Assembly (NCBI GenBank): GCA_040954595.2
Contig: CM082585.2
Location: 758,814-822,813 of the forward strand
Source of the DNA: Balanoglossus misakiensis
Lineage: Eukaryota > Animalia > Hemichordata
Reading direction: 5' to 3'
Length of the DNA: 64,000 bases
The translations under genes and the position numbers were made by a program. Each line of letters begins with the position of its first letter. Within the stretch, counting starts at the first letter, position 1. Below are positions 1 to 11,109 of this stretch, in pieces. The notes under the pieces are model-generated. The model searched no databases. It saw nothing but the letters and a program-made list of their open reading frames with translations, and was not told the DNA's origin.

Positions 1-35
1 TGAAGAACATATCTACTACAAAAACTGGTGAGGAC

Positions 36-74
36 GGGGGGGGGGGGGGGGGGAGATGGGGGGGGGGGTGGGGG
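36..74 (+). repeat. Poly-G low-complexity tract
   Basis: An 18-G run, AGAT, then further G runs, read directly. Confidence 0.9.
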
Positions 75-2360
75 CTTTTCAGTTTAGTCACGGTCCTTGG
101 TTTTGGCCTTCGGCTTCACTAGAAAAGCCAAAAAACCACAATGCCGAAGGCCAACTCGTCGAAGCACCTGGTACGTCTATGGCAGAAGTCAGTATTTACA
201 TGTTCTGACTCGGTACACGCCATGCACTTGCCAAGAGATTCCACGAGGAATACCATGATGATGAACGGCTCGGGCGTCTTCGTGTGCACGAAGACACGAT
301 ACTAGGCTTCATTGACCCTGTCTCATTCTTTTCTTTTCATGCGCATAAGGACATGAAAAGTCGACCTAACCTTTTGGTTTATCACTTACTGTGGTTTTAT
401 AGGGATGCTGTGAGTGAAAAAGTGGCACATTCGGGTTGTTGCCTTATACTTAATTTCGCCATTTCTATTGGAGCAGGCTACACCGGGCCCAGGGTCGAAC
501 TTAAAACAATTTGCAGCCGTGATGGTCGAACAATGTCCGACAAACTTTAGGCACGTCAAGCTTATGCCTTCCTGGGTCGCCCGACAAGAATGAACTTCTA
601 TTTTAACGATAGGGCCTATTCCAATCGATACCCGCTGTATCAGTCACGCAATAATGAACACGAAATCCAGATCCCCCAAAATGATGTTTCACTAGACTCG
701 GGGAGAGTGCTGTTTAGTACCAACAGGCAATTAAAGGTATACGGTCACCTATGGAAAATTAGCTATAGTTACCATGGCAAATTGAGATGTAGCCAATCGC
801 AGATTTTTAGTGGGTGGCACACGCGAAAAAAGAGCGCCGCCATATGTTCTCATCTCAGCCCTATATGGTCCTATGTAACCACCTCATGTCATTTACAGAA
901 TTGGAACACCCTAAAGAATGTCATGCAGACAATGTCACGTGTTGTTCCATGACCAACCAAACAACAAACTCATGTCCAAATCAATTACATTCCAAAGAAT
1001 GCTCCAAATATGCAGAATTGCCACGCAAGTCGAGCATACTTAAGCACTCTGCACAACTGAAACATAAAATCCAAGCTTTAAACAATACAACAATAAACAA
1101 TCCATTCTGATCGAATTAATGACCAAATAAAACGAAAAACACAACTCGACCCACAAAAAGTTTACGAAGCGCTTTTAATCGCTCATTAATGTTTGATCTC
1201 GAGGAGACGTGTTAAAAATCCGCTATGAAAAGCAGGGGAGAACAATAGCCTATTTTTACCAGGTAAACAGACACCAGGTAAAAATCCACCCATGCTTCCA
1301 GACCGCTCTAGGATAGTGATCCACCCAATGAAACTGTATCTCTTTAACTTTAATTTGCAAACTCGTGGAATTGATCATTTTATAAATCGCTCCATTTTGA
1401 CGTTTTCTCTGTGGTTTGTTAATACGAATTTTGTCTGTGCCAAATCTGTCCTCTAATACTGTCACTTGTATTATAGTTCAAATTACACAGAAGTATAATA
1501 CAACGTTTTGAAAAAGACAGACATTTTTCGTGGGAACGGTGATATACTTAGGCCACACTCGAGCTAAAAACAAAAGTCTATATTTTATCAAAAATGCCTT
1601 GGACGCACAGACATCTACAGGATGTGGAAGGGGCGGGTCAAAACCGCGATCTAAGTGGGGGCGTTTCACCATCAATCAAACCCACGCCCAGGTGCATGTG
1701 AACGGCCGAAGCAGTGTAACGTTTCACATTCCGTGCAACGTCCGACACTGTGTGAAAGCGGTTGCTGTCGGGTGGCTTGACCTAATTTTCGTACATTGAT
1801 ATGCATTTGACACCTCACTACCTGTTTTCTCAATATTGCTAAAACTTTGCGTTGAAATATCACTGAAATGTTGATGATCCACGCACAAGTCGTCTACCCC
1901 GGCATGAAAAGCTTTTATACAAGAAAACTAATTGCACATGACCACCAAGGTCATACCGCAAGGTGTGTCTAAATGTCAAGGAAGGACATTGGGAGGGGGG
2001 ACTTGGGTCAAGAACGACCATGACGGAGGAAAAACCGACAAGTCATTGTGTAACCTGTTTACTTGCCAATAGTCAAACGTCAAAATTTACTCTCAACTTG
2101 GTTGCAGATCGAGTCTCCCGAATTTCCAACTTTTATGATTGGGTAAATACCGATATGCGACTGGTATGCGACGCGTTGACGACGCGAAGATTTTGTTGAA
2201 ATCAAATGGTTTGTCAAATGTCATCTCACAGTGGAGATACCGTGGTCATCTGACATGAAAGGGTTCGATTGGGTCTGACCGCCGTCGTTCATCCATGCTT
2301 AGAAAGCGGCGATCATGGTACAAAGTAAAACCAAGGTCAAACCTTACTGAACACATGTAT

Positions 2361-2882
2361 TATTACGGCTGGTTTCTCATGATTGTTCATGCATCGGGGA
2401 ATCTGTAGCGATGAGGTATCGGGCTCTGACGAGAACAGTGATCCACGGAGACACGTATATGATTCACGTTCATTTATTGTCCAGAACTACTCCAGTACAT
2501 CAAATACGCCCAGTAAAGTACATGAGGAAGGGAACGAACTCAGTAGCCTGAGGTACTCCCATCTCCCGTTAGATTATTCTTTTTTCAACTTTGGAAACAA
2601 AGTTCTCTTATAATTACTTTTCTCAAGGCGTGGTTAATAATGTAAAATATATGTGTTACAATTTCATTGGGCATCAGTCAACTCTATACGAACCAATTTA
2701 CATAAGGTGTTATATAACAAAGTCAGTTCGGTGATGATTGACAATCAGAGCAGTCAGTTAAACACCTGCTCTCCCTATCTACTTCAAATACATAAAATCA
2801 AATACTATCAAACATTGACATTTCCGAGCTCTGGATTAATTAACCCTTGAAATCGTATTTGACCTTTATACAGATCGTAACA
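2361..2882 (-). repeat. 3' LTR (522 bp)
   Basis: Reads TATTACGG...ATCGTAACA on the + strand. Matches 9159-9680 with 4 substitutions seen by eye and abuts the PPT. Confidence 0.97.
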
Positions 2883-2895
2883 CTCCCCTCCTTTT
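2883..2895 (-). promoter_or_regulatory. Polypurine tract (PPT)
   Basis: AAAAGGAGGGGAG on the minus strand, immediately upstream of the 3' LTR. Confidence 0.92.
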
Positions 2896-3906
2896 AAACC
2901 AATGCGTCCCGCATTGGACACAAATCTCTTAAAGAGCAGTACACCAAGGGTAATCGTTCAATTCCACCCAAAGAATATATTAAGATGTACCGTATGATTT
3001 TGAAATGTAAGAGTACAATATATATAACAAAATTGAAGTAAAATATTTGAAAAAATCGAGTCATGCCTATGAAGTGATCGTCTTGAAAAATTACAAAATT
3101 ACAATACAAAAATTACTACAGAATAAAAGTACATATAAACTTAAAATAGTATGTGCTCATAAAACCTTCGCACACATATCCACCTACTAATATAACCTCT
3201 AATAAAATCGCAACTCCTTCTGTAAACCCATAAAACGTTGTATCCATCATTCAACACAATCTGAATATCTGTTGTCTTATTGACTCAAACGAAACTCTCT
3301 TGCATTCTTTTACATCGAACGATCATCCGACATTGCTTATTCTCGAGTTACGTCATGTCGGGCAAATTCAATAACCTTTAAAAATTTAAAACTGAAACAT
3401 CTTAGCGTTTGTCAAAAATCCACTCTTTACAACTTCGAAAATGGCATTTTCTTCATTCGAAAATCGGATTTTCTTTGGTTTCTTTTTACAAACACATAGC
3501 CATTAAAAGGGGATATTTACACAAATTGGACCATCTATTTTAGGTCATCAAACGAAAGGCAAATTCAACTCACAACAATTTTTCTCCAGTGTTAAAATCT
3601 CTGCAACTTCAAACTTCACTGGTAATTTCTTTACAACTTAAATACATAAACACATTTAAACAGAGTGACACGGGAACCAGGTTGCACAGCTCTTACAACT
3701 AAACTCAGCAAACAACGGATAATAAAATGTCATTCGACAACTTACGTAACATTAAACGAATCAAGGGACACGCCAATCGTACACTCACTCATACAGGCCG
3801 GCCAACACTCATACCTCTCAGTCATATTCACATTTTCAATTCACTCAACCACGTGTCTCCCTTTTCCGTTTTTTTTTGTTACGCATATATTTCTCTGTCC
3901 ATAGAT

Positions 3907-6900
3907 TTAAATGTGCAAATGTGCTATAACCTGTTTCCCTTGTATCTTTACAGGATTTCTTATCAAATACTCTTTTGCAGTTTCATTCAAATTGTCTTCA
4001 TCCTCCCACGTATTATGTTTGTTTGAATAATTCTTCCACTTAACCAAATACTGTAATTTCCCATTTCTATATCGACCCTTTAACACATTGTCTATATCGT
4101 AAAATGGCTCAGAAGCATTAGTCTGACAATTTCCACTGTTGTCAGTTTCATCGAAAGCACTGGGATTTGTCCTTGACGACAAATCTCTCAATCCCAATCC
4201 CTCAATTTGATCAGAACCATTGTCTGATTCTGCATATGTTTCTGCTTCTGGACTTTGACATATTTCGGTCCCATTTTCATAATTTGTGGTTTCTGGGACA
4301 TCGTTTTCTTCACACGACTCATCAGATGAGGATGATTCAAACTCTGAGGGCCGCAAATAAGCTCTTTTTAGTCTATTTACATGTATGATTTTACGATAAT
4401 TCCTGGTGCTATTTATGAAACGCAACTTGTAATTAACAGGACCCACCTTCTCAGAAATAATGTAAGGACCTGTCCACTTATGTACGAATTTCTTATTAAC
4501 TCCTGGTTTAACAGATGGTGTGTATAAATATACAGGATCCCCCACTTTAAGATTTTGTGACCGTTGGATATTTTGATCATAACGGTCCTTCATATTCTGT
4601 TGATATCGATCTATATTCTCTTTGGCGATTTTATGAGCTATCTCCCTTTTAGCAGCTAAATGTTTAAGGTGTGTATCTATATTTCTCGTCCTCCCCTCAA
4701 CTGGCTGGAATTCAACATCCATGGGCAATGTGGGATGCCGACCGTATAACAGATGATAAGGACTGAACCCACTGGACTCTTGAGGGCTAACTCTATAAGC
4801 GAAAAGCACTGAACTTAAGTACCGATCCCAATCTTTCTGTTTACTATCGACAAACATGGACAGCATGTCGACTAGGCAACCATTGAAACGCTCTGTAAGG
4901 CCATTAGTCTGTGGACGATACGGGGTCGAAACTTTCCTCTGGATGTTGAAAAATTTGCAAGTTTCACGAACTACTTGGGATAAAAAATTCGATCCCTGAT
5001 CACTCAGCAAAACTCTGGGGCTGCCATAAGTAGCAATTACTTCATCAAACAAGATCTTAGCGACTGTCTCAGCTCGTGCATTACGTAATGGATATGCTAG
5101 TGGAAATTTAGTAAAGTAATCAGTAAGTACTAAGATGTATTTATGACCACCATACGTTCTAGGGAGGGGTCCCACAATATCCATACCCAGTCGGTCCCAG
5201 GGTCCTGATACTGGAATAGGTAACAACTTAGCATGAGTAGGGGGTGTGGCTCTCTTTCGTGTGTGACAATGTGCGCATGTCTTTACGTACATATTAACAT
5301 CCCGGGGCATCCTTTCCCAAAAATACCTCTGTCTTAAAACTCCCAACGTTTTAGTGTATCCGAAATGTCCCGCTAAAACACAATCATGAGCCCACCGCAG
5401 AACATAATTTCTTAAGGACTTAGGTATCACAACCTGTCTAACACAATCTAATTTACCAGCTGATTTCCCCGTAGGTTTCCAAAAATGATACAAAACCCCG
5501 TCAACAATGTCATAATTTGGAGCCATACTAACAAATTTACGAGCTAACTTTTGATCAGTTGGTAACTCACCATTCTCTAAATAATTAAGAAATTTATTCA
5601 AATAATTATCCTTTCTCTGTTCTCCCTTCATTCGTGATTGCACCTCACTGTCGAATGTTTTATCCACTTCAGTGTTGGAAGCATTTTCCTCCACGTCAGT
5701 GTTAGAAGTGTCGTTAGAACTGTTAAGTAAAATCCCATACCCAGATGTGTCCTCACTAATAGCAGAATTATGAACCTCAGGTTCGGTTTGTTGCCCTGTA
5801 TGTATATTATTTATACAAGGTGAGTTTATGGGCTCAGTGTTTACACACTTATTTACCATTGGCTGACTGTTAGGCTTGTAATTCATTTCAGGCGCATGCT
5901 CTAAATCAGTGACGTCAGACTTGTACCCCTCACATTGTTGATATGGTCTCCTTGACAACCCGTCAGCATTCATGTGTTTCTTACCAGGTCTATAGATAAT
6001 TTCGTAATCGTACTGCTGCATGGTCATTATCCAACGGCCAATACGCCCCCTTGGTATTTTCTGTTTAAACATGCAAGTCAGATTGGAGTGATCAGTCACT
6101 ATAGTGACATGGTTGCTCCGTACATAGTGATCACATTGTCGGATAGCATGAATGACGGCCAAAGCTTCCAATTCTGTAATTGAGTAATTTCTTTCGTGAC
6201 AGTTTAAACTTCGACCCCCATATAAAATCACTCGTTCAACACCATTCTGTCGTTGAGCTAAAACAAACCCCAGGGCATGGGTGGAACTATCGGTATAAAT
6301 TATGAAATTTTCACTCATATCAGGATACCCTAGAATTGGTGCTTGACACAGGACATGTTTTAATTTCTCAAATGCATGTTCGCATCGATCATTCCATTCA
6401 AATTTCGTGTCCTTTCCCAACAATTTATGCAGAGGCCTTGCAATGATCGAGAAATTCTTTATAAACTTTCTATAATAATTGGCCAACCCCAAAAATGATT
6501 TCAGCTGTGTGACAGTATGAGGACGGGGATATTCTTTAACAGCTGTTACTTTACTCTCGTCAACCACAATTCCATCCTTACTGATAAAATGACCCAAAAA
6601 TTTAACACTCTTTCTCATAAATTGACATTTGCTGGGCTTTAATTTCAATCCAGCTTGACGTAACCTGGTTAGGACAGTATCAATGTGTTGAAGATGCTCC
6701 TCAAAAGAGCTGCTAAATATAATAATATCATCGATATAACATAACACATATTGCCACATAATATTGCGTAACACGTGTTGCATAGTACGCTGAAAACAAC
6801 TGGGACTATTTCGCAACCCCTGGGCAAGTCTCCTGTATTGATATAAACCTTGATGTGTGACAAAAGCTGTTTTTGGTCTGCTCTCTTCATCTAATTCCAA

Positions 6901-8820
6901 TTGAAAAAATCCTGACTGTAAATCAAGCGTCGAAAAATACTGAGGCTTATTCTTGCCTAACATTTCAAGAGATTCGTCAGTTCTAGGTAAGGGAAACGAA
7001 TCAGGCACTGTAATATTATTCAAATGACGGAAATCTGTGCAAAAACGCCACGAACCATCAGGCTTTTTGACTAAAACTACTGGACTAGCAAACGGTGAAG
7101 TGGACGGCTCGATAATATTTTGTTCTAACAGCTGATCAGCTTGTCGCTCAAGTTCACGCCTTTTCTCAGGCGTTACTCGGTAAGGTGGGCGACGGAACGG
7201 GGCAGCACCCTCTTGTAATCGTATTGTATGTTTGATTACATCACAGTTGCCTAAACGACCACTAGAATCAACAAAAGCTTCCATATTGTACAGTAAAACA
7301 TCTCTAAGCTGTTTACGCTGTGCCTTAGTTATCTCTAATTCATTAATTTTCAATTGACCCATCAAATAATCCGTCTCTTTCTGTGTACGGGGCCCTTGAG
7401 GTGAGACACAATTAACGGCAGTTTTATCGAGTGGGACTATTTCACTATTACGGGGCAAGGGCGAAAACATTCCAACAACACTGTTTTTCTTAATTTTGAC
7501 CACAGTATCCAAAGTGTTTACAACTCGCATGGGAAGAAAATTCTTATTCGAATAGGCCAACCCCTTAGCTACCAAAATACCCGGGGTTAAGCGTGTTCGT
7601 TTATCACAAATACAACCTAAAACTCCAGTAAGATATTTATACGGTACTTTCACTGGAATAACCATTTCACTTCCAGGTGGAATGTTAACGTCAACATTGG
7701 TTCTTAACGGTACGTCTGATTGTAATCTTAAAATATTACCCTTGAAATCAATAACAGCTCTATAACGCTTCATAAAATCAAGTCCCAAAATCAGATTATG
7801 CTGAAGAGACTCAACTAAATTAACATACAGTAATACACGCTTATTCCCAATAAAAGCAGGTATTTTCATAAATCCAATTACCTTCAATTTGTCTTCGTGT
7901 GCTGTATGTACACAATTATATCTGGACTTGAACATCGGATAATTCTTTAGAGCGGGAATAAGCTCTAACAACCGAATAGGAGCTACAGTAATATGTGCTC
8001 CAGTATCAATTAATGACGTCACTTTTTCATGACATATTGAAATTGGAATAACATTCTCATGAAAAGCACACCCATCTTTGTTAACAAAGTTTGCACCATC
8101 TTTAACATTATAGGCACCCTCTTTCCCGAGTGCATTTACACCTGCACATGACCTGCTGTCGGACGATCCATCAAAATAAAATTTCCGACTAGGCTTCGAA
8201 ACATTTCCAGAGAACGCATATTTTGAACAATTTCTAGCTATATGATCGTAACGCCCACAATTAAAACATGTACGGGAATTAAATTGACTATGTCGAGGAA
8301 AACGTTGGGCAGAGTGCCCAGTAAAATTATATCTGTTCCTCTTTACCTTATAGTCTATTGTTCGTTCTCTTGCTCTGTAATTCGGCGATTTCTTCTCTCT
8401 TTTTGTCGATCGTCCTCGATGATCTGCCGCGCTTGATTTGGTCTTTATTTCTTGATCTTCTTGTTTCATCTCGTCAATCCGTGTCGAGATTTGTTGTAAA
8501 AGACCCGCTTCTGGCTCGTCTGTCTCTGGTAATCCTGCCACGACCTCTGCTGTTCGAACATGTTTGTACGCTGTTTCGAAGTCCTTAGGTGTCATTCCCG
8601 CTACGAACTTTAGTATGTCCGGTCTCAGTCCGTTCATGAAGAAAGATAGTATTTCCTCATCAGTCTTTTTCGCTTTTTCTGCTTTTTCGCATATTAATTC
8701 CACATATTGTTCAACAGTTTGGTCCGGCAGTTGCTTCAGGCGAAACAGTTTCTCGTCATACAGCCACATCGGACCGCACTTATCAAAACGAGCGAGGAAG
8801 ACATTTTGCAGTGTGGTCAA
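3907..8820 (-). CDS. pol: Gypsy Gag-Pol polyprotein, main open frame (gag C-part, zinc knuckle, protease, RT, RNase H, integrase, chromodomain)
   Basis: 1637-aa ORF with CFNCGRYDHIARNC knuckle, LIDTGA protease, LDLQSGFFQ and YIDD (RT), YTDSS (RNase H), HHCC plus MDIVGP/SDQG/TERFN (integrase), WTGPY and YLVKWKNY..NTWE (chromodomain). The TTG start in the ORF track is an artefact of the upstream in-frame stop. Confidence 0.97.
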   Translation of the reverse strand: MTTLQNVFLARFDKCGPMWLYDEKLFRLKQLPDQTVEQYVELICEKAEKAKKTDEEILSFFMNGLRPDILKFVAGMTPKDFETAYKHVRTAEVVAGLPETDEPEAGLLQQISTRIDEMKQEDQEIKTKSSAADHRGRSTKREKKSPNYRARERTIDYKVKRNRYNFTGHSAQRFPRHSQFNSRTCFNCGRYDHIARNCSKYAFSGNVSKPSRKFYFDGSSDSRSCAGVNALGKEGAYNVKDGANFVNKDGCAFHENVIPISICHEKVTSLIDTGAHITVAPIRLLELIPALKNYPMFKSRYNCVHTAHEDKLKVIGFMKIPAFIGNKRVLLYVNLVESLQHNLILGLDFMKRYRAVIDFKGNILRLQSDVPLRTNVDVNIPPGSEMVIPVKVPYKYLTGVLGCICDKRTRLTPGILVAKGLAYSNKNFLPMRVVNTLDTVVKIKKNSVVGMFSPLPRNSEIVPLDKTAVNCVSPQGPRTQKETDYLMGQLKINELEITKAQRKQLRDVLLYNMEAFVDSSGRLGNCDVIKHTIRLQEGAAPFRRPPYRVTPEKRRELERQADQLLEQNIIEPSTSPFASPVVLVKKPDGSWRFCTDFRHLNNITVPDSFPLPRTDESLEMLGKNKPQYFSTLDLQSGFFQLELDEESRPKTAFVTHQGLYQYRRLAQGLRNSPSCFQRTMQHVLRNIMWQYVLCYIDDIIIFSSSFEEHLQHIDTVLTRLRQAGLKLKPSKCQFMRKSVKFLGHFISKDGIVVDESKVTAVKEYPRPHTVTQLKSFLGLANYYRKFIKNFSIIARPLHKLLGKDTKFEWNDRCEHAFEKLKHVLCQAPILGYPDMSENFIIYTDSSTHALGFVLAQRQNGVERVILYGGRSLNCHERNYSITELEALAVIHAIRQCDHYVRSNHVTIVTDHSNLTCMFKQKIPRGRIGRWIMTMQQYDYEIIYRPGKKHMNADGLSRRPYQQCEGYKSDVTDLEHAPEMNYKPNSQPMVNKCVNTEPINSPCINNIHTGQQTEPEVHNSAISEDTSGYGILLNSSNDTSNTDVEENASNTEVDKTFDSEVQSRMKGEQRKDNYLNKFLNYLENGELPTDQKLARKFVSMAPNYDIVDGVLYHFWKPTGKSAGKLDCVRQVVIPKSLRNYVLRWAHDCVLAGHFGYTKTLGVLRQRYFWERMPRDVNMYVKTCAHCHTRKRATPPTHAKLLPIPVSGPWDRLGMDIVGPLPRTYGGHKYILVLTDYFTKFPLAYPLRNARAETVAKILFDEVIATYGSPRVLLSDQGSNFLSQVVRETCKFFNIQRKVSTPYRPQTNGLTERFNGCLVDMLSMFVDSKQKDWDRYLSSVLFAYRVSPQESSGFSPYHLLYGRHPTLPMDVEFQPVEGRTRNIDTHLKHLAAKREIAHKIAKENIDRYQQNMKDRYDQNIQRSQNLKVGDPVYLYTPSVKPGVNKKFVHKWTGPYIISEKVGPVNYKLRFINSTRNYRKIIHVNRLKRAYLRPSEFESSSSDESCEENDVPETTNYENGTEICQSPEAETYAESDNGSDQIEGLGLRDLSSRTNPSAFDETDNSGNCQTNASEPFYDIDNVLKGRYRNGKLQYLVKWKNYSNKHNTWEDEDNLNETAKEYLIRNPVKIQGKQVIAHLHI

Positions 8821-8853
8821 GTCATTTTTCTTTTCAGCAGACAGTCTGTAGAA

Positions 8854-9081
8854 CTATCGCTCCGCTTCACCAGTCAAATATAGTCCGATTCCTTTAAGCC
8901 GTTTCTCGTCTGACCATTGCTTAAAGTCAGCAAAGTCTATATATTTTTTCCACCATCGGTGTGCATTCTCAGTCTCTGTACCCGAAAAGAAACCTGGGCC
9001 TACCTGACCTCCAGTTCTCAGTGTAACCTGTCGTATTTCCGATATTTGACTGTTCATGTCGTTTAGCATCTCGCGATCCAT
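8854..9081 (-). pseudogene. gag: N-terminal part of gag, separated from the main ORF by one in-frame TAG
   Basis: Same frame as 3907-8820. Reads LYLTGEAER*FYRL, with the stop at the Trp position of the gag LxGxAxxW(F/Y) motif. First in-frame ATG is at 9081. Confidence 0.85.
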
Positions 9082-9146
9082 GCTGTAATCTTTCCGCTGG
9101 ACGTCGCCGTTTCTGTCTCCGATGGATTTGTTTCGTCTACCCACGT

Positions 9147-9156
9147 ATCTCCACCA
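9147..9156 (-). promoter_or_regulatory. Primer binding site, probably tRNA-Ala
   Basis: TGGTGGAGAT lies 2 nt after the 5' LTR and is complementary to the ...AUCUCCACCA 3' end typical of animal tRNA-Ala (from memory, not searched). Confidence 0.75.
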
Positions 9157-9158
9157 TG

Positions 9159-9680
9159 TATTACGGCTGGTTTCTCATGATTGTTCATGCATCGGGGAAT
9201 CTGTAGCGATGAGGTATCGGGCTCTGACGAGAACAGTGATCCACGGAGACACGTATCTGATTCACGTTCATTTATTGTCCAGAACTACTCCAGTACATCA
9301 AATACGCCCAGTAAAGTACATGAGGAAGGGAACGAACTCAGTAGCCTGAGGTACTCCCATCTCCCGTTAGATTATTCTTTTTTCAACTTTGGAAACAAAG
9401 TTCTCTTATAATTACTTTTCTCAAGGCGTGGTTAATAATGTAAAATATATGTGTTACAATTTCATTGGGCATCAGTCAACTCTATACGAACCAATTTACA
9501 TAAGGTGTTATATAACAAAGTCAGTTCGGTGATGATCGACAATCAGAGCAGTCAGTTAAACACCCGCTCTCCCTATCTACTTCAAATACATAAAATCAAA
9601 TACTATCAAACATTGACATTTCCGAGCTCTGGATTAATTAACCCTTGAAATAGTATTTGACCTTTATACAGATCGTAACA
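9159..9680 (-). repeat. 5' LTR (522 bp)
   Basis: Direct repeat of 2361-2882, adjacent to the PBS and the GTAT TSD. Confidence 0.97.
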
Positions 9681-10136
9681 GTATTGCACGGAGAAACTTT
9701 TCTCCCTGTCTGTGTACTGAACACGTACCGTGATTGCCATAGTTACAAACGTTACCACGTGAGAGAGAGTGCATTTTACATCTGTCTTTTCAATTTTGTT
9801 GCTTTCTTACTATTCGAAATGATGGAGTCGAAACGAAAACTTTTTGCTTCAGGTGGACCTAGGGGAAATACCTTATTTGTGACTTTTTTCATGACCCTAA
9901 AAAGACGTCGGAATTAATGTGGCTGAGGTCACTCAGGACGACGGAATGGTTGAGCGATTTTCTTTTATGAGCTCCCACTAGTATTTGTTTTATTGTTTCG
10001 GCAGTGTGTCGCGTTATTCGAGCAATCTGCAGTCTGAAAACGAACGGTTTTCAAAGTTTATAACAGAAGAACAGGGGTTTAAGCATGAAAGGTCCTGTTG
10101 TCTCCCTCGCTGTGTTTGTGTCACTGTGTCTTTGAC

Positions 10137-10330
10137 GTCTGACTGACTGATTAACTGGCTGACTGACTTACTGACTGTCTGTCAACGTCGGTCTGTCTGA
10201 CTGTCTGCCCCCTCTCTCTGAGAGAGAGAGTGAGCGAGCGAGCGACCGATGAGTGTCTCTACTAATGAATGTTGCTCTGTCTGTCTGCTTGTGTCTGTCT
10301 GCCACTCTGCCTGTATTACTCTGTCTCTCC
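10137..10330. repeat. Compound microsatellite (GACT/CTGT/GA/GAGC)
   Basis: Short tandem motifs read directly; paralog at about 54027-54225. Confidence 0.8.
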
Positions 10331-11109
10331 TAATTTCTTTAAAATTAGGGATATGCTATTAATGCGATATGAAAGTCAGACACGACGGAAACCTTTTATT
10401 CTCAAAACTGTCTGTTGTTTGCTGTTAAATATTGCAAAAGGTTAAGGGCCCTTTTCGCACGAGACACATGGCTTTGCAGCCGTAGCTCCCAATGTCATAA
10501 CGATTACCCGAACTACCCTAATTTTAGCCCGCCGACCCAAAACAGTTTAGATCTTCGTAAACCGGAAGTAAAAATAACGATGTCAAATATACAACAATTC
10601 ATGAAAATTGCGAGAATCACGCAAGAACTATGATGTCATTCTTCTACACTACGACGGCCAAAGATATAAAAAAATTGAAAAATAAAAAATGTCCCTTTCT
10701 ACCTACCCTATTTTTGAAAACCATGTAATCGGAATAGCACATATTAGTTTTTTTTGGCCTGAGACATATCCAATTTCCCAACTGAACATGACACGTTATC
10801 AAGCATTTTCGACTTATCAGATGCAATCGCTGAACACCTCACACTAAGCGAGGTTTTGTCTGTCTTTATACGCGCCCTTTGTATTTGTGCGTGACATGTC
10901 CAAGCCTTGTTAGGATCTCCCGTAAAATTCTACTCAAATGATGTATACTTTCATACTTACGACTGACAGGTATTTTCAGCGTTGCCAGCTGATTGTTTGT
11001 CAGGTACCGCTTTATAACAAGACGCCCCTCTGAGTTGATAACCTGCAATGTAACATCATTCAATTGGTCTAGTCATGTTAGCATTAGTAAAATGCTTCAA
11101 AAGTGTTAA

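Larger units (their letters stand above)
2361..9680 (-). mobile_element. Full-length Ty3/Gypsy LTR retrotransposon with C-terminal chromodomain
   Basis: Two 522-bp LTRs, GTAT TSD (2357-2360 and 9681-9684), PBS, PPT and gag-PR-RT-RH-IN domain order. The empty site is at 53570-53573 in copy B. Confidence 0.98.

Noticed and set aside
284-1650. Short ORFs in the left flank
   Set aside because: No recognisable motifs, mostly non-ATG or overlapping, and no convincing exon structure.
2231-2245. GTGGAGATACCGTGG resembles the element's PBS about 120 bp from the insertion site
   Set aside because: A short match in the opposite orientation, one base weaker in copy B, with no mechanism requiring it; likely chance.
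2383-2850. Duplicated 76-aa and 65-aa ORFs (also 9181-9648)
   Set aside because: Antisense ORFs within the LTRs with non-ATG starts; duplicated only because the LTRs are.
3411-3475. Satellite-like words (TCAAAAATC, TCGAAAATGGCATTTT) in the Gypsy 3' region as a possible satellite source
   Set aside because: Only short AT-rich matches with no colinear 78-bp alignment. The Gypsy also postdates the duplication.
8854-8856. Programmed gag-pol stop-codon readthrough
   Set aside because: The stop is inside the capsid region at a conserved Trp position, not after the nucleocapsid knuckle.
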